Part shown: one piece after another, positions 62,241 to 64,000 of the stretch
Position numbering within the stretch: the first letter of the stretch is position 1
How the letters are laid out: every line of letters begins with the position of its first letter
Source of the DNA: an archaeon
GTDB lineage: Archaea > Iainarchaeota > Iainarchaeia > Iainarchaeales > JAAZKV01
Assembly: GCA_041664905.1 (NCBI GenBank)
Contig: JBAYJX010000003.1
Coordinates: forward strand, 537-64,536
Direction of reading: 5' to 3'
DNA length: 64,000 nucleotides
Translations under genes and position numbers: made by a program
The notes under the pieces: model-generated
Told to the model about the DNA's origin: nothing
The model's input: the letters and a program-made list of their open reading frames with translations, nothing else
The model's database searches: none

Positions 62241-63770
62241 ATGCGTGAACAATTAGGCACTGTTGTTTCAACTATGGAGGGGCCTTCTCCGAGTACTGTT
62301 GATTTTGTTGTTAATAACGGTAAAGTTCACAAAGGGTGTTTTGTAGAGTTAGATTATTCCGAGGGCACAATGATGCTTTTAGTTGAGGATGTAATTAAAA
62401 CAAATAGATATTTTGAGAGGCCTGATTCAGTTAAAGCAATTGGAGAGGAGCTTGAGAAAAACTTTCCTGCCGCGGAGTGGGAGTTTTTAATTGCAAAAGC
62501 AAAGCCTTTGGGAGTTTTTACAGAAATTAATATTCAAAGAGCAACTTTCCCACCTTCCCCTGGAGTGAAAGTATTTAATGCTGATAATGAAAGGATAAAG
62601 AAATTTTTGGCTCTTCAAGAAGATGGTTTGAATTTAGGAAAACTCCAGTTTCATGATGTTGAATTAAAAGTAAATCTTTCAAAACTACTTCAAAAACACT
62701 TAGCAATAGTTGCCACAAGTGGTGCTGGAAAGTCTTATTTTGTATCTGTTTTGCTTGAAGAACTCTTAATGCGTAAAAAAGAACAGGGTCAAATTGGAGT
62801 AGTAGTAATGGATACTCATGGAGAGTATACTTGTTTTGGCGAACCGGTAAAGCAATCAAATCAAAATCAGTTCATGGATTTTTCTTCTAAAACAAAAATT
62901 ATTGATGGAACCAAAATAAAGATTGCGTGTAGCAAGGTTTCAGTTAGCATGTTTTCTTCAATTGTAGAACTTTCGCCTAATCAAAAGAGAGCCTTAGCAA
63001 GAATTCTTTCTAAATTAAATGATGAAATGAAGTCAGGTGCGGGTCCGTTTGATTTGAATGCAGTTAAATCAGAAATAGAGAATATTGATAATGAAAAAAC
63101 TCGAGCTTCACTATATGGGGTAATTTCAGAAATTGAAGACATTGGTTTGTTTGGAAAAATTGATGAACCAAGCGTAGTTGATTTTGTTAAGCCTGGGCAA
63201 ATGGTTGTAATTGATTTGAACTTAGTTATTTCAGAGAAAAAGAAACAAATTTTGGTAGCATATCTTTCAAATAAATTGTTTAACGAAAGAAGATCTCACT
63301 CAAAAAAGATTCCTCCGTTTGCATTGTTTGTTGAGGAAGCGCATAATTTTATTCCTGAAGGAACTGCAATAGAGCACGCTGTTGCAAGGAGTTCGCTAAG
63401 AACAATTGCAAGGGAAGGCAGAAAATTTGGGGCTTCATTAGTAGTAATTTCTCAAAGACCAAAGAGGCTTGATACAACTACTCTTGCTAATTGTAACACA
63501 AATATTATTCTTCGAATAACTAATCCCTATGACTTGGACCACATTTCTCAGTCCTGTGAAGGTTTGGATAAGTCAAGTATTGGAATAATTTCTTCTTTAA
63601 GAGTTGGAGAAGCGCTTGTAGTTGGTGAAGCTGCTAATGCGCCAACTTTTTTTAAAGTTAGATTAAGAAAGTCCCAGCCAAGCAGACATGAAACTAATTT
63701 AGAGGATGCTGCGCGTGCCTTTCAATCTGACACAGATAAAAAAAGTGAAGAAGTAAATTCGTTTTTGTGA
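62241..63770 (+). CDS. herA: HerA hexameric DNA helicase/translocase ATPase
   Basis: N-terminal HAS barrel. Walker A 'VATSGAGKS', Walker B 'ALFVEEAHNFIP', and 'REGRKFGASLVVISQRP'. Confidence 0.85.
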   Translation: MREQLGTVVSTMEGPSPSTVDFVVNNGKVHKGCFVELDYSEGTMMLLVEDVIKTNRYFERPDSVKAIGEELEKNFPAAEWEFLIAKAKPLGVFTEINIQRATFPPSPGVKVFNADNERIKKFLALQEDGLNLGKLQFHDVELKVNLSKLLQKHLAIVATSGAGKSYFVSVLLEELLMRKKEQGQIGVVVMDTHGEYTCFGEPVKQSNQNQFMDFSSKTKIIDGTKIKIACSKVSVSMFSSIVELSPNQKRALARILSKLNDEMKSGAGPFDLNAVKSEIENIDNEKTRASLYGVISEIEDIGLFGKIDEPSVVDFVKPGQMVVIDLNLVISEKKKQILVAYLSNKLFNERRSHSKKIPPFALFVEEAHNFIPEGTAIEHAVARSSLRTIAREGRKFGASLVVISQRPKRLDTTTLANCNTNIILRITNPYDLDHISQSCEGLDKSSIGIISSLRVGEALVVGEAANAPTFFKVRLRKSQPSRHETNLEDAARAFQSDTDKKSEEVNSFL

Positions 63771-63846
63771 ATCCCTCCCTTGATTTTTCTTATGGCCGGC
63801 ATGGCACTTCCCAAGTCTTTATAAATAAAAAAAATGGCTTTGTGTC

Positions 63847-64000
63847 ATGTTCCCAAACACAGATGCAGTTCTCGCTAGCGAAGAGCTAAAGAATTCAATT
63901 CCCCGAGTAAAAGAATTTTTTTACTTGACTAAGGTTTCTTACAACGAACCAAAGTCAGAAATGTTAGTCGAGTTTTCAAACCCAAATGAGCGAATTATTC
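63847..64000 (+). CDS. hypothetical protein, 5' fragment (runs off the window)
   Basis: Open frame from the ATG at 63847 to the window end. Confidence 0.3.
   Translation, partial: MFPNTDAVLASEELKNSIPRVKEFFYLTKVSYNEPKSEMLVEFSNPNERII

Noticed and set aside
1-64000. Search for CRISPR arrays, transposases, integrases, reverse transcriptase/DGR elements and classic toxin-antitoxin pairs.
   Set aside because: I saw no regularly spaced direct repeats and no ORFs with DDE, tyrosine- or serine-recombinase, or RT motifs. The only mobile-type elements I can support are the two inteins and possibly the tRNA-Lys-linked mini-elements.

Overview
AT-rich, gene-dense archaeal DNA. Archaea-specific genes (r-proteins L31e, L39e, S19e, LX; aIF6; prefoldin alpha; Rpp21; Hjc; archaeal DnaG; RadA; GGGP synthase; Pth2; PdaD) and the small-genome style (inteins, an intron-bearing tRNA, a short TGT, many orphan ORFs) suggest a DPANN-like lineage; that lineage call is inference. 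I can support about 80 CDSs, 6 tRNAs (Lys-UUU, Lys-CUU, Phe-GAA, Gly-GCC, Val-UAC, and Gly-UCC with a 70-nt intron) and an SRP (7S) RNA. The conserved L39e-L31e-aIF6-LX-PfdA-FtsY cluster is intact. Nucleotide metabolism genes are concentrated here (nrdD/nrdG, Nudix, dCMP deaminase, HD 5'-nucleotidase, a double-length ThyX, SHMT, two Tmk paralogs). I saw no CRISPR array, transposase, integrase or reverse transcriptase. Most notable: (1) the anaerobic RNR is split, with its glycyl-radical loop on a separate 46-aa ORF that has its own Shine-Dalgarno; nrdD also carries a LAGLIDADG intein. (2) SRP54 has a 603-aa intein in its P-loop. (3) Each tRNA-Lys gene is followed by a ~110-nt four-hairpin element that ends in a copy of the tRNA 3' end. 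(4) nurA and herA are separated by a tightly coupled five-gene cassette. (5) Several lineage-specific enzymes (GNAT-like, methyltransferase-like, phosphatase-like) carry conserved Arg/Lys-rich tails. (6) A synthetase-only RelA/SpoT homolog is present. All family calls come from motif reading by eye; no database search was run.
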